Below, in pieces: positions 29,656 to 39,322 of a stretch of DNA of 56,547 bases. The stretch is taken from the NCBI GenBank assembly GCA_005805505.1, contig SYMJ01000129.1, forward strand, positions 1 through 56,547, in the 5' to 3' direction. Below the pieces are notes generated by a model, which ran no database searches, was not told the DNA's origin, and saw nothing but the letters and a program-made list of their open reading frames with translations. Source of the stretch: Verrucomicrobiales bacterium (GTDB taxonomy: Bacteria > Verrucomicrobiota > Verrucomicrobiia > Limisphaerales > UBA9464). Within the stretch, counting starts at the first letter, position 1. Every line of letters begins with the position of its first letter. Made by a program: the position numbers and the translations under genes.

Positions 29656-32600
29656 TCAGCCCTTGGTGATCATTTCATCGAGGTTGAACAGGGCCCGTGA
29701 CAGGGCCGACCAGGCGGCGCGTTCTTCGATGGAAGAACCCTCACCGGGTCCGGCCACCGCGGCCGCATCCAACTCATGAGCCTGGAAACGCTGGAGTTGG
29801 TTTTTCCAGAAAGTTTCGAGGGCATGAAGCTCGGTTTCGGTTGGGGGGCGAGTCATGCAGCGTTGAAATGCGTTCTGGATGCGTTGGGACACCGTTCCCG
29901 ATTGCCGGGCCAGGTCTCGACCCATGGCCTGGGAGACCTCAATGAAGAAGACGTCATTGAGCAGAGTGAGCGCCTGCAGGGGGGTGTTGGAGGTCTCGCG
30001 CCGGGCGATGCAGGATTCACCAGTGGGGGCATCGAAGGTGTTGAATAGGGCAAAGGGAGCCGTCCGCTTGGCGAAGGTGTAGAGGCTGCGACGGTAGCGG
30101 TTCTGACCCTCGCTGGTCGGCCAAGACGATCCGCCCCACGCGGCCTCCATGACCCCGGAAGGCTGGGGCGGGTACACCCCAGGCCCGCCCATGGCGTCCG
30201 AGAGTAGCCCGCTGGCCTTGAGAGCGGCATCGCGTATGACCTCCGCATCGAGGCGAACCGAGGGTCCGCGGGAGAGCCAGCGATTGTCCGGGTCGCGGGC
30301 CAGTGAGTCCGGCCGGGTTCGCGAGGACTGCCGGTAGGTGGCGCTCAGGGCGATTTGCTTATGAAGTCGCTTGAGAGACCAACCGTTTCGCATGAAATCC
30401 ATGGCCAACCAATCGAGCAGCTCGGGATGGCTGGGGCTGTCTCCTTGATAGCCGAAGTCCTCTGAGGTTCGAACCAAACCCTTGCCGAAGAAGGCCTGCC
30501 ACTGGCGATTGACGGTGACTCGCGCCGTCAGGGGATTGTTGGTGGATACGAGCCACCGTGCCAGGCCGAGGCGGTTGCGGGGTAGCTCGGCCGGAAATGG
30601 GGAGATGACCGAGAGGACACCGGGTTCCACGCGTTCGGCGGGCTGAAGGTATTCGCCGCGGCGGTGGAGGAAGGTAGGGCGAGGGTTCTCCGGTGGGCGC
30701 TCTTTCAAGACTAGGGTGGTCTTCGGAGTCAGGGGTTGTCGCAGTTGGGCGATGCGTTTCTGCGACTCGGCCAGTTCTGGAGTGGTCAAGAGGAAGTGAC
30801 GGCGGAGTCGGGCTCTCTGAGATTCGGCCAGCGAGGCGTCCGGCGCGATGAGCAAGGGTTCCAGTTCTGCGGGAAGATCCCGCGCGGAGGCTCCACCCGG
30901 GTGGGTGGTGACCGAAATCCGGAAACGTCCCAGAGAACAGGCGTAGTGCCGCCCAAAGAGCAGGGAAAGCTTGAGGTCGGCATTGCCCAGGATTGGCGCC
31001 TCGGGAATAAAGACCGCCTCATGCCGCTGGCCCTCGCGGCCCGCGGTGGACCAGCCGGTTTGCGGGTCGCCATCGACAGCCAACGCCGCCGTGGCCTCAG
31101 ATCCGAAGGCGTTTTTACCGAAGCTTTGCGAGGAGGACTTCCAGCGGACGGGCTGGCCGCCTGCGCTGAGGCTCAATTCGCCCAGAAAGAAATCTCCCTT
31201 CGGACCTTCATAATAGGCCAGGCCCGGCCCGTTCTTGGGCAGTCGCGGATCGGGCAGAACTTCCAATCGGACGGCGGTGATGGGTTCGGGCGGCGCGGTG
31301 AAAGCGAGTTGGTAGGTGTCACTCTTGCTGATGTCGCCGCTGGCAAAGACCGAGGCGTCTTCTTGGACGGTGAGCAGCGGGAGGTTGGAGGTCGCGGCCG
31401 TCGGACGCAGGGGAGTCCAACGGATGGCCGTCTCTCGCGCTTTGCCGAGCCATTTTTGGAATGCAGCCTCTGCGGCGGCCTTGCGCCGTTCCGCCAAGGG
31501 GCGAGGATCGGAGGTCGGTCGGCCCAAGCGAATCCGGGGACGGCCGATCAGGTGTTGAGCGGCCTGCTGGTGTTCCAGAGTGATTTCGAAGCGGATGCCC
31601 GAGGGAAAGGCGACCTCCTTCTGAAACTGGACACTGAGGTGGTGTTCCCGGTTAAGCCGGTCGCCACCCACGTCGACAGCCCAACCGGTTTGGAGTTGGT
31701 CATCAATGGCATTGGCCGCCGGAAAGCCCGACTGCTCTACGTCGGATTGGGCATGGGCAAGAGCGATCTTTTGAACCTGATCCGGGGCATCCAGCGGCGC
31801 GGCCGAAACCCGCAGTTCACTCAGGACGAAGTTTCCATGAGCCACGCGTCCGGGTCCTTTTTTGGGGAGAGCTTCGTCGAGCAGGGTTTCCAAGCGGAGT
31901 CGGTCGATGTGGGTGTCCCGCGTGGTCACGACGAGAGTGAGGGTGTCGGTGTCTGGCGGCGTTCCGGTGAAGAGGGCTGAGTGATCTTTGAGAGCGCTCA
32001 CGGGCGATCCCTTCAGGGACCGGGCCTCGATTAGGGTGGGAGTGAACCACACGGTTTCTTCGATTGGGAACCGCTCTGCCAGGGTTGCTGTCAGGGCCTC
32101 TGCTTCGGCCAATCGGGCCTGATGGCGCGCCTCTTCAGAAGGCTCCACGAGGTCCATGTCGGGTTCGTCGGCATTGTTCAGGAAGGCCATCAACTGATAA
32201 TACTCCCGGTGCGGGATAGGGTCGTATTTGTGAGTGTGGCATTGGGCACACCCGACGGTGAGACCCAACCACGTGGTGCCAGTGGTGGCTACCCGATCGG
32301 TCATGGCATGGAAACGGAACTCGAGCGGATCGATCCCGCCCTCTTCATTGAGCATGGTGTTCCGGTGGAAACCGGTGGCGATGCGCTGGTCCGGCGTGGC
32401 GTTGGGCAGGAGGTCCCCCGCGAGTTGTTCCAGAGTGAACTGGTCGAAGGGCATGTCGGCATTGAGAGAGCGAATTACCCAATCGCGCCAAGGCCAGATG
32501 CTTCGGGTGCGATCCTTTTCGTACCCGTTGGTGTCGGCGTAGCGGGCCAGATCCATCCAGCGTCGGCCCCAGCGTTCACCGTAGCGAGGGGAAGCCAAGA

Positions 32601-33267
32601 GTTGGTCCACCCAGTGTTCGTAGCCTGCGTCGCTGGGGTCCTTCAAAAAGGCTTCTACTTCGGCGGGGGTGGGAGGCAGGCCTGTCAGGTCGAGAGAGAC
32701 GCGGCGAGCCAGGGCGTGCGGGTCGGCCGCTTCGGCAGGAGCAACTCCGTGTTGCTGCAATCGTTGGAGCACGAATTGATCGATCGCGTTGCGTGCCCAC
32801 GAGGTGTTATCGACCTGGGGAGGTGTTACAAATTTGGGTCGCTGGAAGGCCCAGTGAGGGACGTACTCGGCACCGGCGGCGATCCAAGCCTCCAGGGTCT
32901 TCTTTTCTTTGTCCGTTAGCGGCTGCCGGGTGCTCGGCGGTGGCATTACCTCGTCCGGGTCTCGGGAATGAATCCGAGTTACGAGCTCGCTGGAGTGAGG
33001 TTTGCCGGGGACCAGTGCCACCGCTCCAGATTTGGCGGGTTGGAGGGCCGCATCGCGGACATCAAGACGCAGGTTGCTCTTGCGCGACAGGTCGTCGGGT
33101 CCGTGGCATTTGAAGCAATGCTGGGAGAGGATCGGTCGGACCTCAGTGGAAAAATCGGGGCCGCCCGTTGGGCTTGCTGCCAGGTTAAGACACAGGCTCA
33201 GAGCCAGTGCGGCCCGCGCAATCCACCCACAGAGGGATCCCGGTTTTGACAGTCGGCGATGTTCCAC
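29656..33267 (-). CDS. PSD1 and planctomycete cytochrome c domain protein (DUF1549/DUF1553)
   Basis: [70 protein letters not shown]. Confidence 0.92.
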   Translation of the reverse strand: MEHRRLSKPGSLCGWIARAALALSLCLNLAASPTGGPDFSTEVRPILSQHCFKCHGPDDLSRKSNLRLDVRDAALQPAKSGAVALVPGKPHSSELVTRIHSRDPDEVMPPPSTRQPLTDKEKKTLEAWIAAGAEYVPHWAFQRPKFVTPPQVDNTSWARNAIDQFVLQRLQQHGVAPAEAADPHALARRVSLDLTGLPPTPAEVEAFLKDPSDAGYEHWVDQLLASPRYGERWGRRWMDLARYADTNGYEKDRTRSIWPWRDWVIRSLNADMPFDQFTLEQLAGDLLPNATPDQRIATGFHRNTMLNEEGGIDPLEFRFHAMTDRVATTGTTWLGLTVGCAQCHTHKYDPIPHREYYQLMAFLNNADEPDMDLVEPSEEARHQARLAEAEALTATLAERFPIEETVWFTPTLIEARSLKGSPVSALKDHSALFTGTPPDTDTLTLVVTTRDTHIDRLRLETLLDEALPKKGPGRVAHGNFVLSELRVSAAPLDAPDQVQKIALAHAQSDVEQSGFPAANAIDDQLQTGWAVDVGGDRLNREHHLSVQFQKEVAFPSGIRFEITLEHQQAAQHLIGRPRIRLGRPTSDPRPLAERRKAAAEAAFQKWLGKARETAIRWTPLRPTAATSNLPLLTVQEDASVFASGDISKSDTYQLAFTAPPEPITAVRLEVLPDPRLPKNGPGLAYYEGPKGDFFLGELSLSAGGQPVRWKSSSQSFGKNAFGSEATAALAVDGDPQTGWSTAGREGQRHEAVFIPEAPILGNADLKLSLLFGRHYACSLGRFRISVTTHPGGASARDLPAELEPLLIAPDASLAESQRARLRRHFLLTTPELAESQKRIAQLRQPLTPKTTLVLKERPPENPRPTFLHRRGEYLQPAERVEPGVLSVISPFPAELPRNRLGLARWLVSTNNPLTARVTVNRQWQAFFGKGLVRTSEDFGYQGDSPSHPELLDWLAMDFMRNGWSLKRLHKQIALSATYRQSSRTRPDSLARDPDNRWLSRGPSVRLDAEVIRDAALKASGLLSDAMGGPGVYPPQPSGVMEAAWGGSSWPTSEGQNRYRRSLYTFAKRTAPFALFNTFDAPTGESCIARRETSNTPLQALTLLNDVFFIEVSQAMGRDLARQSGTVSQRIQNAFQRCMTRPPTETELHALETFWKNQLQRFQAHELDAAAVAGPGEGSSIEERAAWSALSRALFNLDEMITKG

Positions 33268-33470
33268 GGTTCTTGAGACGATGGAACCCCTTGCAAAAGT
33301 CAGACCAGCAGAAAGTTCTGTGTCCCTCTTAAAAACAAGCCTGAGCCAGAACGACGGGTTTAATTGAATCGTTCCAGCGAAGTTCTGTTCATGGGCACGT
33401 GTTTCTGGCGGTGCGATGCATCGGTGGAGGTGCTTTGACCCGGGCTAGAGAGTTGGTGCAGGGTGAAGCC

Positions 33471-35735
33471 ATGCGTGTGATTCGTTTCATGTTCGTGCTC
33501 TTTGCACTCGGGTGGACGGCCTGGTCCGCCTCGATCCCAGACTTTGTCCGATTGGCTCAAGATCGGCACGGGGCTGCCGGTGAGAGTGCGGCCCGCTTTC
33601 TGGCTGAACACATGACCGAGAGCGACCGATCGAATCTCAGCAACGAGTTTCTGCTGGAGAATCTCGATTTGGCCTTCCGGGCCCGAAAGGAATTTCCCTG
33701 GGCCACCCAGGTGCCCGAGGCGGTGTTTTTGAATGACGTATTGCCGTACGCGGTTTTCGACGAACCCCGGGACCCCTGGCGCGCCGAGTTGTTGGCCTTG
33801 TCGCGAGACCTGGTGAAGGACGCTCATTCGGCCAGCGAAGCGGCCCAGGCTCTCAACCGACAGCTCTTCAAGTTGGTCAACGTTCACTACAACACCGGAC
33901 GCAAGCGCCCCAATCAAAGCCTGAAGGAATCCAAGGCCCTCAGCAAAGCGACGTGCACCGGCTTGTCCATTATTCTCGTCGAAGCCTGTCGATCGGTGGG
34001 TATTCCGGCCCGGGCCGTGGGAACCCCGATGTGGACCAATGAACGGGGAAACCATACGTGGGTGGAGATTTGGGACGGCGACTGGCATTTCGCCGGGGCT
34101 GACGAGTATGACGCCGGCGGATTGGATCGGGGATGGTTTGTTGGAGACGCCTCAAAGGCCCGGGCCAACGAACCTCGCCATTCCATTTATGCCACCTCCT
34201 GGAAGCGCGAGGGGTCGTCCTTTCCGATGGTGTGGGCCCGCAACAGCACAGACGTTGCAGCAGTCAACGTCACCGCGCGGTATGCCAAGGCCGATGCTGC
34301 GCCGGTCGAGATCGCCGCGCTCGGAGTCCGCTTGTGGGACCGTTCCGGCGGAACTCGACTCTCGGCCAAGGTGTGTGTGCTCGATGGCGTGCGGCGATCG
34401 TGCGCTCTGGCCGACACCAAGTCCGGTACAGCCGACCTGAACGACATGCCGCGCTTCAGTCTGGCTCCGGGAGCGCAAGGTTGGCTTCGCTTCACCGTTG
34501 GTGCCGAGGTGCGGGAGATGTCTTTTGGTCCTCTGGCTTCAGGAGAATCGACAGTCGACGCCCGCTGGCCCGAGTTGATCCCCGCCTCGGCGACCGTGGA
34601 CGCGCTGCGCGAGTGGCTTGATTTGCCGTCCAATCGGCGTCCGGCGGAGGCTCAGGTGTTGTCCCAGGCGCTGTCGAAGACCGAGGCCGAGCGCGTGCTG
34701 CCTATGGTGGCGGCCGACCGCATGGCAGAATTGGTGGCCGAGCGGACTCCCGAGCTCGAAAAAAAGGAGTTGGTGCTCGAGGGCAAAACACTCCGGTGGT
34801 TGGAGAAGGAGTTTGGCAAGGCACCAGCCGGTCAGCGGAGCTTGTGGATTTCCATGCACGGGGGCGGTGGGGCACCCAAGGCGGTGAATGACCAACAGTG
34901 GCAGAACCAGATTCGCCTGTACGAGCCCAGCGAGGGATTTTACATCGCTCCTCGGGCTCCCACGGATTCTTGGAATTTGTGGCATGAGGGACACATCGAT
35001 CCGATGTTCCAGCGCCTCATCGACGACTATGTCGCGGTGCGGGGGGTGAGTCCGGATCGGGTTTATTTGATGGGTTATTCAGCTGGCGGTGACGGAGTCT
35101 GGCAGTTGGCCCCCCGCATGGCCGATCGATTTGCGGCCGCCTCCATGATGGCTGGGCATCCCAATGAGGCATCGCTTCTGGGACTTCGAAATTTGCCCTT
35201 CGCCATCTTCATGGGTGGCAACGATGCGGCCTACAACCGCAACCGTATCGCCGCTGAACGTGGGGCCGAACTCGACCGGCTCGCCCGCGAGGATTCTGGC
35301 GGGTACATCCATCAGGTAAAGATCTACGAGGGATTGGGCCATTGGATGAATCGTAAGGATGCCGAAGCAGTTCCCTGGATGGCGGGTTTTGTTCGCAATG
35401 CCTGGCCCAAAAAAATCGTCTGGCAGCAGGACGATGTGGTCCAACGCCGCTTCTATTGGCTCCAAGTACCTGCCGAAATTACCCTTCAGGAGCGCGCCAA
35501 GATTGTGGCCTCGGTGCAGGGACAAGAGATCCAGTTGGAGGGACAAGTTCCGGCCAGCTTCCGCCTGCGTCTGTCGGATCGGTTGCTCGATCTGGATCGC
35601 CCAGTGCGGGTGGTCGCCAACGGTAAGGAGTGGTTTTCTGGCAAGGTCACCCGACAGGCTCGAGTGTTTCTTGCCTCACTCGAAGAACGGGCTGACCCGA
35701 TTTCTGCCGCGAGTGCCTGGGTGGATATGAAGTGA
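33471..35735 (+). CDS. Secreted transglutaminase-like domain fused to alpha/beta hydrolase (esterase/peptidase)
   Basis: Signal peptide; ATCTGLS..RSVGIPAR..NHTWVE..W TGase core; MHGGG, GYSAGG, GGND, GHWM hydrolase triad. Confidence 0.82.
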   Translation: MRVIRFMFVLFALGWTAWSASIPDFVRLAQDRHGAAGESAARFLAEHMTESDRSNLSNEFLLENLDLAFRARKEFPWATQVPEAVFLNDVLPYAVFDEPRDPWRAELLALSRDLVKDAHSASEAAQALNRQLFKLVNVHYNTGRKRPNQSLKESKALSKATCTGLSIILVEACRSVGIPARAVGTPMWTNERGNHTWVEIWDGDWHFAGADEYDAGGLDRGWFVGDASKARANEPRHSIYATSWKREGSSFPMVWARNSTDVAAVNVTARYAKADAAPVEIAALGVRLWDRSGGTRLSAKVCVLDGVRRSCALADTKSGTADLNDMPRFSLAPGAQGWLRFTVGAEVREMSFGPLASGESTVDARWPELIPASATVDALREWLDLPSNRRPAEAQVLSQALSKTEAERVLPMVAADRMAELVAERTPELEKKELVLEGKTLRWLEKEFGKAPAGQRSLWISMHGGGGAPKAVNDQQWQNQIRLYEPSEGFYIAPRAPTDSWNLWHEGHIDPMFQRLIDDYVAVRGVSPDRVYLMGYSAGGDGVWQLAPRMADRFAAASMMAGHPNEASLLGLRNLPFAIFMGGNDAAYNRNRIAAERGAELDRLAREDSGGYIHQVKIYEGLGHWMNRKDAEAVPWMAGFVRNAWPKKIVWQQDDVVQRRFYWLQVPAEITLQERAKIVASVQGQEIQLEGQVPASFRLRLSDRLLDLDRPVRVVANGKEWFSGKVTRQARVFLASLEERADPISAASAWVDMK

Positions 35736-35749
35736 GGTGAAAGCCCCGC

Positions 35750-36886
35750 CTACACCTGCGGGCAATAGACACGGGGCAGGCGGGCCCGGAAACCCGCCAG
35801 CACGTCGTAGGTGACTGTGCCGCTCAGTCGGGCTAGTTCCTGGACCGTGATGCAGTCGGTGCCTTGCATGCCGAGCAGGACTGTTTCGTCACCTAGTTGC
35901 GCCTCGGGGACATCGGCGAGATCGATCATTAGGGCGTCCATGGTGACACCGCCCACAATGGGGACTCGGCGTCCATGCAGGAGGGCCTGCCCTTGATTGC
36001 GGAGTCGCGGATAGCCGTCGCCATAACCCACTGAAAGGACGCCGATGCGGCTCGGGCGTTCGGCCCGCCAGCGCATGCCATAGCCCACCGTGTCGCCGAT
36101 TTCGAGTTCCTGAATAGCGGTGAGTCGGGCTCGCAAGGACAACACGGGAAGGACGCCCTCCAGACGGCGGCAGACTTCTGACGGATAGACCCCCTGGGCC
36201 AACAGGCCGACGCGGACGCGGTTAAAATGAGCGTCCGGCAGATCGAGTACGCCGCCAGAATTGCAGTGGTGGATCCACTGCGGTCGGATGTCCTGGGCCG
36301 ACAGGCACTTCAGCACCCCTTCGAATCGCTGGGATTGGGTGCGGGCGAAGCCTTTGTCGAGTTCATCGCTTTGGGCGAAATGGCTCAACGCCCCACGAAA
36401 TTCCAAGGCGGGCAACGTCTTCAGTATCGGTCCCCAAGAATCCACGTTCCTCCACGAAAACCCAAACCGGTTCATGCCGGTGTTGACCTTGAGGTGGATG
36501 GGCACCGGTCGCCCTCGGGTTCGGCCCGCGTGCGAGAAGGCCTCGGCCATTTCCACGGAACCGACGCAGGGTTCGAGGTCCAGTTCCAGCACGTGCGGCA
36601 CCTCGTCGGCCAGGCGTTCCCCCAGCAGCAGAATTGGGGCGGTAATGCCCGCGTCGCGGAGTTCCTGGGCTTCTCCGAGAGTGAAGACTGCCAGGGAATC
36701 GGCGTGATGATCGAGCGCCACCCGGGCGGCCTCGACGGCACCGAGTCCATAGGCGTTGTCCTTGGCCACAAACATCAAGCTCACCGAAGCGGGGACTTCG
36801 CGGCGGAGGATCTCCCAATTGCGGGCCAACTGTTCGAGGTCAACCTGGACCCAGGCGGAACGGGGGCGACAAACGGTGGACTTCAT
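35750..36886 (-). CDS. alr: Alanine racemase family PLP enzyme
   Basis: AKDNAYG (PLP Lys), KVNTGMNRFG, SHFA, VGYG, GYGDG, MD; ATG overlaps the upstream stop (ATGA). Confidence 0.88.
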   Translation of the reverse strand: MKSTVCRPRSAWVQVDLEQLARNWEILRREVPASVSLMFVAKDNAYGLGAVEAARVALDHHADSLAVFTLGEAQELRDAGITAPILLLGERLADEVPHVLELDLEPCVGSVEMAEAFSHAGRTRGRPVPIHLKVNTGMNRFGFSWRNVDSWGPILKTLPALEFRGALSHFAQSDELDKGFARTQSQRFEGVLKCLSAQDIRPQWIHHCNSGGVLDLPDAHFNRVRVGLLAQGVYPSEVCRRLEGVLPVLSLRARLTAIQELEIGDTVGYGMRWRAERPSRIGVLSVGYGDGYPRLRNQGQALLHGRRVPIVGGVTMDALMIDLADVPEAQLGDETVLLGMQGTDCITVQELARLSGTVTYDVLAGFRARLPRVYCPQV

Positions 36887-38154
36887 GGGTTGCCGGGCGG
36901 CCAAAGCGATTGGCCCACATCGGTTCGGTAGTAGCTGCCAAGGGATCGAATCTTACGGATGTCGCTGTAGGCGTTGCGAATGGCTTCGTCCATCGATCCG
37001 GCCAGGGCCGTGATATCCGCAATACGGTGGCCAGTGGCCTCCAGTCCGCCCAGCGCTGACTCGGCCACCTCTTGCCACCAGACATCACCCTGAAAGGCCC
37101 CGTCGACCGTCACCGGCACCCGCGGTCCGGTGAGTTGGGTGAAGGGATAACCGTAGCCCGCCAGAGTCAGGTTGCATCCGAACTCGCGGCCGCTCCGCCA
37201 ACGGGGACTCAGGGGCAACCCCAGCGCGCAGCGGCCGAAGGTGTCCAGCGGGTTAGCCAGCATGGCGGCGATCATAGGACCGCTGGTGACGCCCAATCGC
37301 ACATTGTACTCGAGCACATGCCAGCGCTCCTCATGGCGGATGGCGGTCACTTGCACGGGGCCGCTGAATCCGACCTCGCGGAACCACGGGCGCAGGGGTT
37401 CCAGGAGTTCTTTGGCAAGGCCGTAGCGGTCGCCCGGATCGCATTCCACGAGCCCACCCAGTGGGGCTCCAGCGACGATGCCGAGGTTCCCGTCGAAGGC
37501 CCGTTTGTATTCTTGATTGGTGACCAACGAGTAGATTTCACCGTCGCTCACCAGCGCGATATGCCCGGCTTCGCGTCGTCCGAGGTATTCTTGGAGAAAA
37601 ATCCCCTCGGCGTCATCGATCCGAGGCAACCAGGCCAGGGTGTCCTCCGGTGTCTCACACACGATGGTGTGGATCGGGCTGGTGGGGGAACACAGGGGAT
37701 TCTTGACCACAAATGGGCGGCCCTCCCGCCGCACCAGAGCCTCGGCTTCCGCCCGCGTGGGAATGAGGTGCGATCGCGGGAATGGGATGCCGGTCTGGCG
37801 GCAGAGTTCTCGGGCGAAATCGCGCTCCCGCTCCAAGCGTAATCCTTCGCCGGTCGGGCAGAGTATGGGAATTCCCAGGCCGAGGAGTTCTGCAGTCCAT
37901 GGGCGAAGTGCCCATTCCAGCGACATGGGAATGAGGAAGTCGGGTCGCCGTTCACGGAATCCTGGGCAGGGGTTGGGCACCTCGACGCTAGAAACGCAGG
38001 GGCCTTCCTGAAGGGGGCCATAATGTGCGTAGTCCCGGGTCAAGTAGGCCGTGACCTCGCCACCGTCTCCGCGGAGGTGGCGCATGAGCGCTTGGGTAAA
38101 TGCCCCGACTCCCAGCAGGGCTACCCGTTTGAATGTCAGTTCACTTGCATCCAT
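36883..38154 (-). CDS. PurD-like (GAR synthetase family) ATP-grasp ligase, divergent
   Basis: LRLERERDFARELC..GIP, PFVVK, QEYL, NQEYKRAFDG, VLEYNVRLG, C-terminal YYRTDVG resemble PurD; canonical GGREHA and GDPE absent; start could be 38175. Confidence 0.75.
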   Translation of the reverse strand: MDASELTFKRVALLGVGAFTQALMRHLRGDGGEVTAYLTRDYAHYGPLQEGPCVSSVEVPNPCPGFRERRPDFLIPMSLEWALRPWTAELLGLGIPILCPTGEGLRLERERDFARELCRQTGIPFPRSHLIPTRAEAEALVRREGRPFVVKNPLCSPTSPIHTIVCETPEDTLAWLPRIDDAEGIFLQEYLGRREAGHIALVSDGEIYSLVTNQEYKRAFDGNLGIVAGAPLGGLVECDPGDRYGLAKELLEPLRPWFREVGFSGPVQVTAIRHEERWHVLEYNVRLGVTSGPMIAAMLANPLDTFGRCALGLPLSPRWRSGREFGCNLTLAGYGYPFTQLTGPRVPVTVDGAFQGDVWWQEVAESALGGLEATGHRIADITALAGSMDEAIRNAYSDIRKIRSLGSYYRTDVGQSLWPPGNP

Positions 38155-38269
38155 GCCATCGATCAAGACCGTCAACGGTTCGGCTCAAGACCCCGGTTGA
38201 AAAGCAGGAAGATGCCCTGACGCACACTTTTCATTCTTCGCTAAATCCCGAGTGAGTTGACGGACCGGT

Positions 38270-38307
38270 GGAACGCCGGGTCGAGGGACCCATCCTACAA
38301 GGTGAGC
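38270..38307 (+). repeat. 38-bp REP-like direct repeat, copy 1
   Basis: GGAACGCCGGGTCGAGGGACCCATCCTACAAGGTGAGC; 34/38 identical to 39156-39193. Confidence 0.75.
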
Positions 38308-38391
38308 TCGTTTGACGAACGGAATACGCTGGAACACGGGATTGACGGGTCGGCTTGGATTGCCTCTTCTGGTCCTAGTCCCACCATTGCT

Positions 38392-39138
38392 ATGAAGCTA
38401 TCCACTCATCTGCACAGTCGCGCCCGTGCGGGTTTCACTCTCATCGAGTTGCTGGTGGTCATTGCCATCATCGCTATTCTGGCCGGCATGCTCCTGCCAG
38501 CTTTGGCGCGAGCCAAGAGCAAGTCGTTGACGATCAGTTGCAATAATAACCAGCGCCAGATGGGACTGGGACTGCACATGTACGCCGACGACAATCGGGA
38601 CAATTACCCCGTGTACAACGATTGGGGAACTCTGGGCGGCAAGAAGGGGGTCATGTCGCTGCACGGTGGGTTGACGGGTGCCACCAACCGACCGCTGAAC
38701 ATTTACGTTCCAGCCTTCGCGGCGTTTAAGTGTCCAGCTGACAAGGGGGATTCGCTGTGGAAGAGCACGTTTCCGAAAGGTACCCGCAGTTGCTACGACG
38801 CCTGGGGCAATAGCTATCTGACGGTTTGGTCGGTGGAAACCTTGCGGGTGAAGCATGTCACGGGGGATTCCTCCAATCCGGGTGCTCCTCAAGGCCGACC
38901 CATCAAGACGAGCGAGATTGCTCTTGGGCCCTCGAACAAGCTGATCCAGGGGGACTGGCCCTGGTGGGCCGATCGCGACAAGAACGACATCGCCAGTCAG
39001 TGGCACAACGTGAAGGGACAGTACCGCTTCAACGTGCTGTGGGGCGATGGGCACACCGACTTCTTCCGCTTCCCTAAAGAGGCCTCTCAGTGGAACTACA
39101 CAGGCCCCGCGCCGGACCCCAACTTTACTTGGTGGTGA
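38392..39138 (+). CDS. Prepilin-type N-terminal cleavage/methylation domain protein with H-X9-DG motif
   Basis: [37 protein letters not shown]; WH....FNVLWGDGH. Confidence 0.92.
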   Translation: MKLSTHLHSRARAGFTLIELLVVIAIIAILAGMLLPALARAKSKSLTISCNNNQRQMGLGLHMYADDNRDNYPVYNDWGTLGGKKGVMSLHGGLTGATNRPLNIYVPAFAAFKCPADKGDSLWKSTFPKGTRSCYDAWGNSYLTVWSVETLRVKHVTGDSSNPGAPQGRPIKTSEIALGPSNKLIQGDWPWWADRDKNDIASQWHNVKGQYRFNVLWGDGHTDFFRFPKEASQWNYTGPAPDPNFTWW

Positions 39139-39155
39139 GCGGTGGTTTTTGGGCG

Positions 39156-39240
39156 GGAACGCCGGGTCGGGGGACCCGGCCTACAGGGTGAGCCCGTAGG
39201 CTGGGCGGTGTGCTGTAGGCCCGGTGCCTGCACCGGGCGG
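39156..39240. repeat. REP-like cluster: direct repeat copy 2 plus an inverted GTAG-type palindrome
   Basis: GCCGGGTC-GGGG-GACCCGGC-CTAC, then GTAG-GCCCGGTG-CCTG-CACCGGGC. Confidence 0.7.
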
Positions 39241-39322
39241 TCTGAGGGTTCGGTATCCTCACCGGGCCACACGGGGTGTGGCGTCGGTTGGGGAGCACGG
39301 CAGGCGGCGAGGCCGGGATTGG

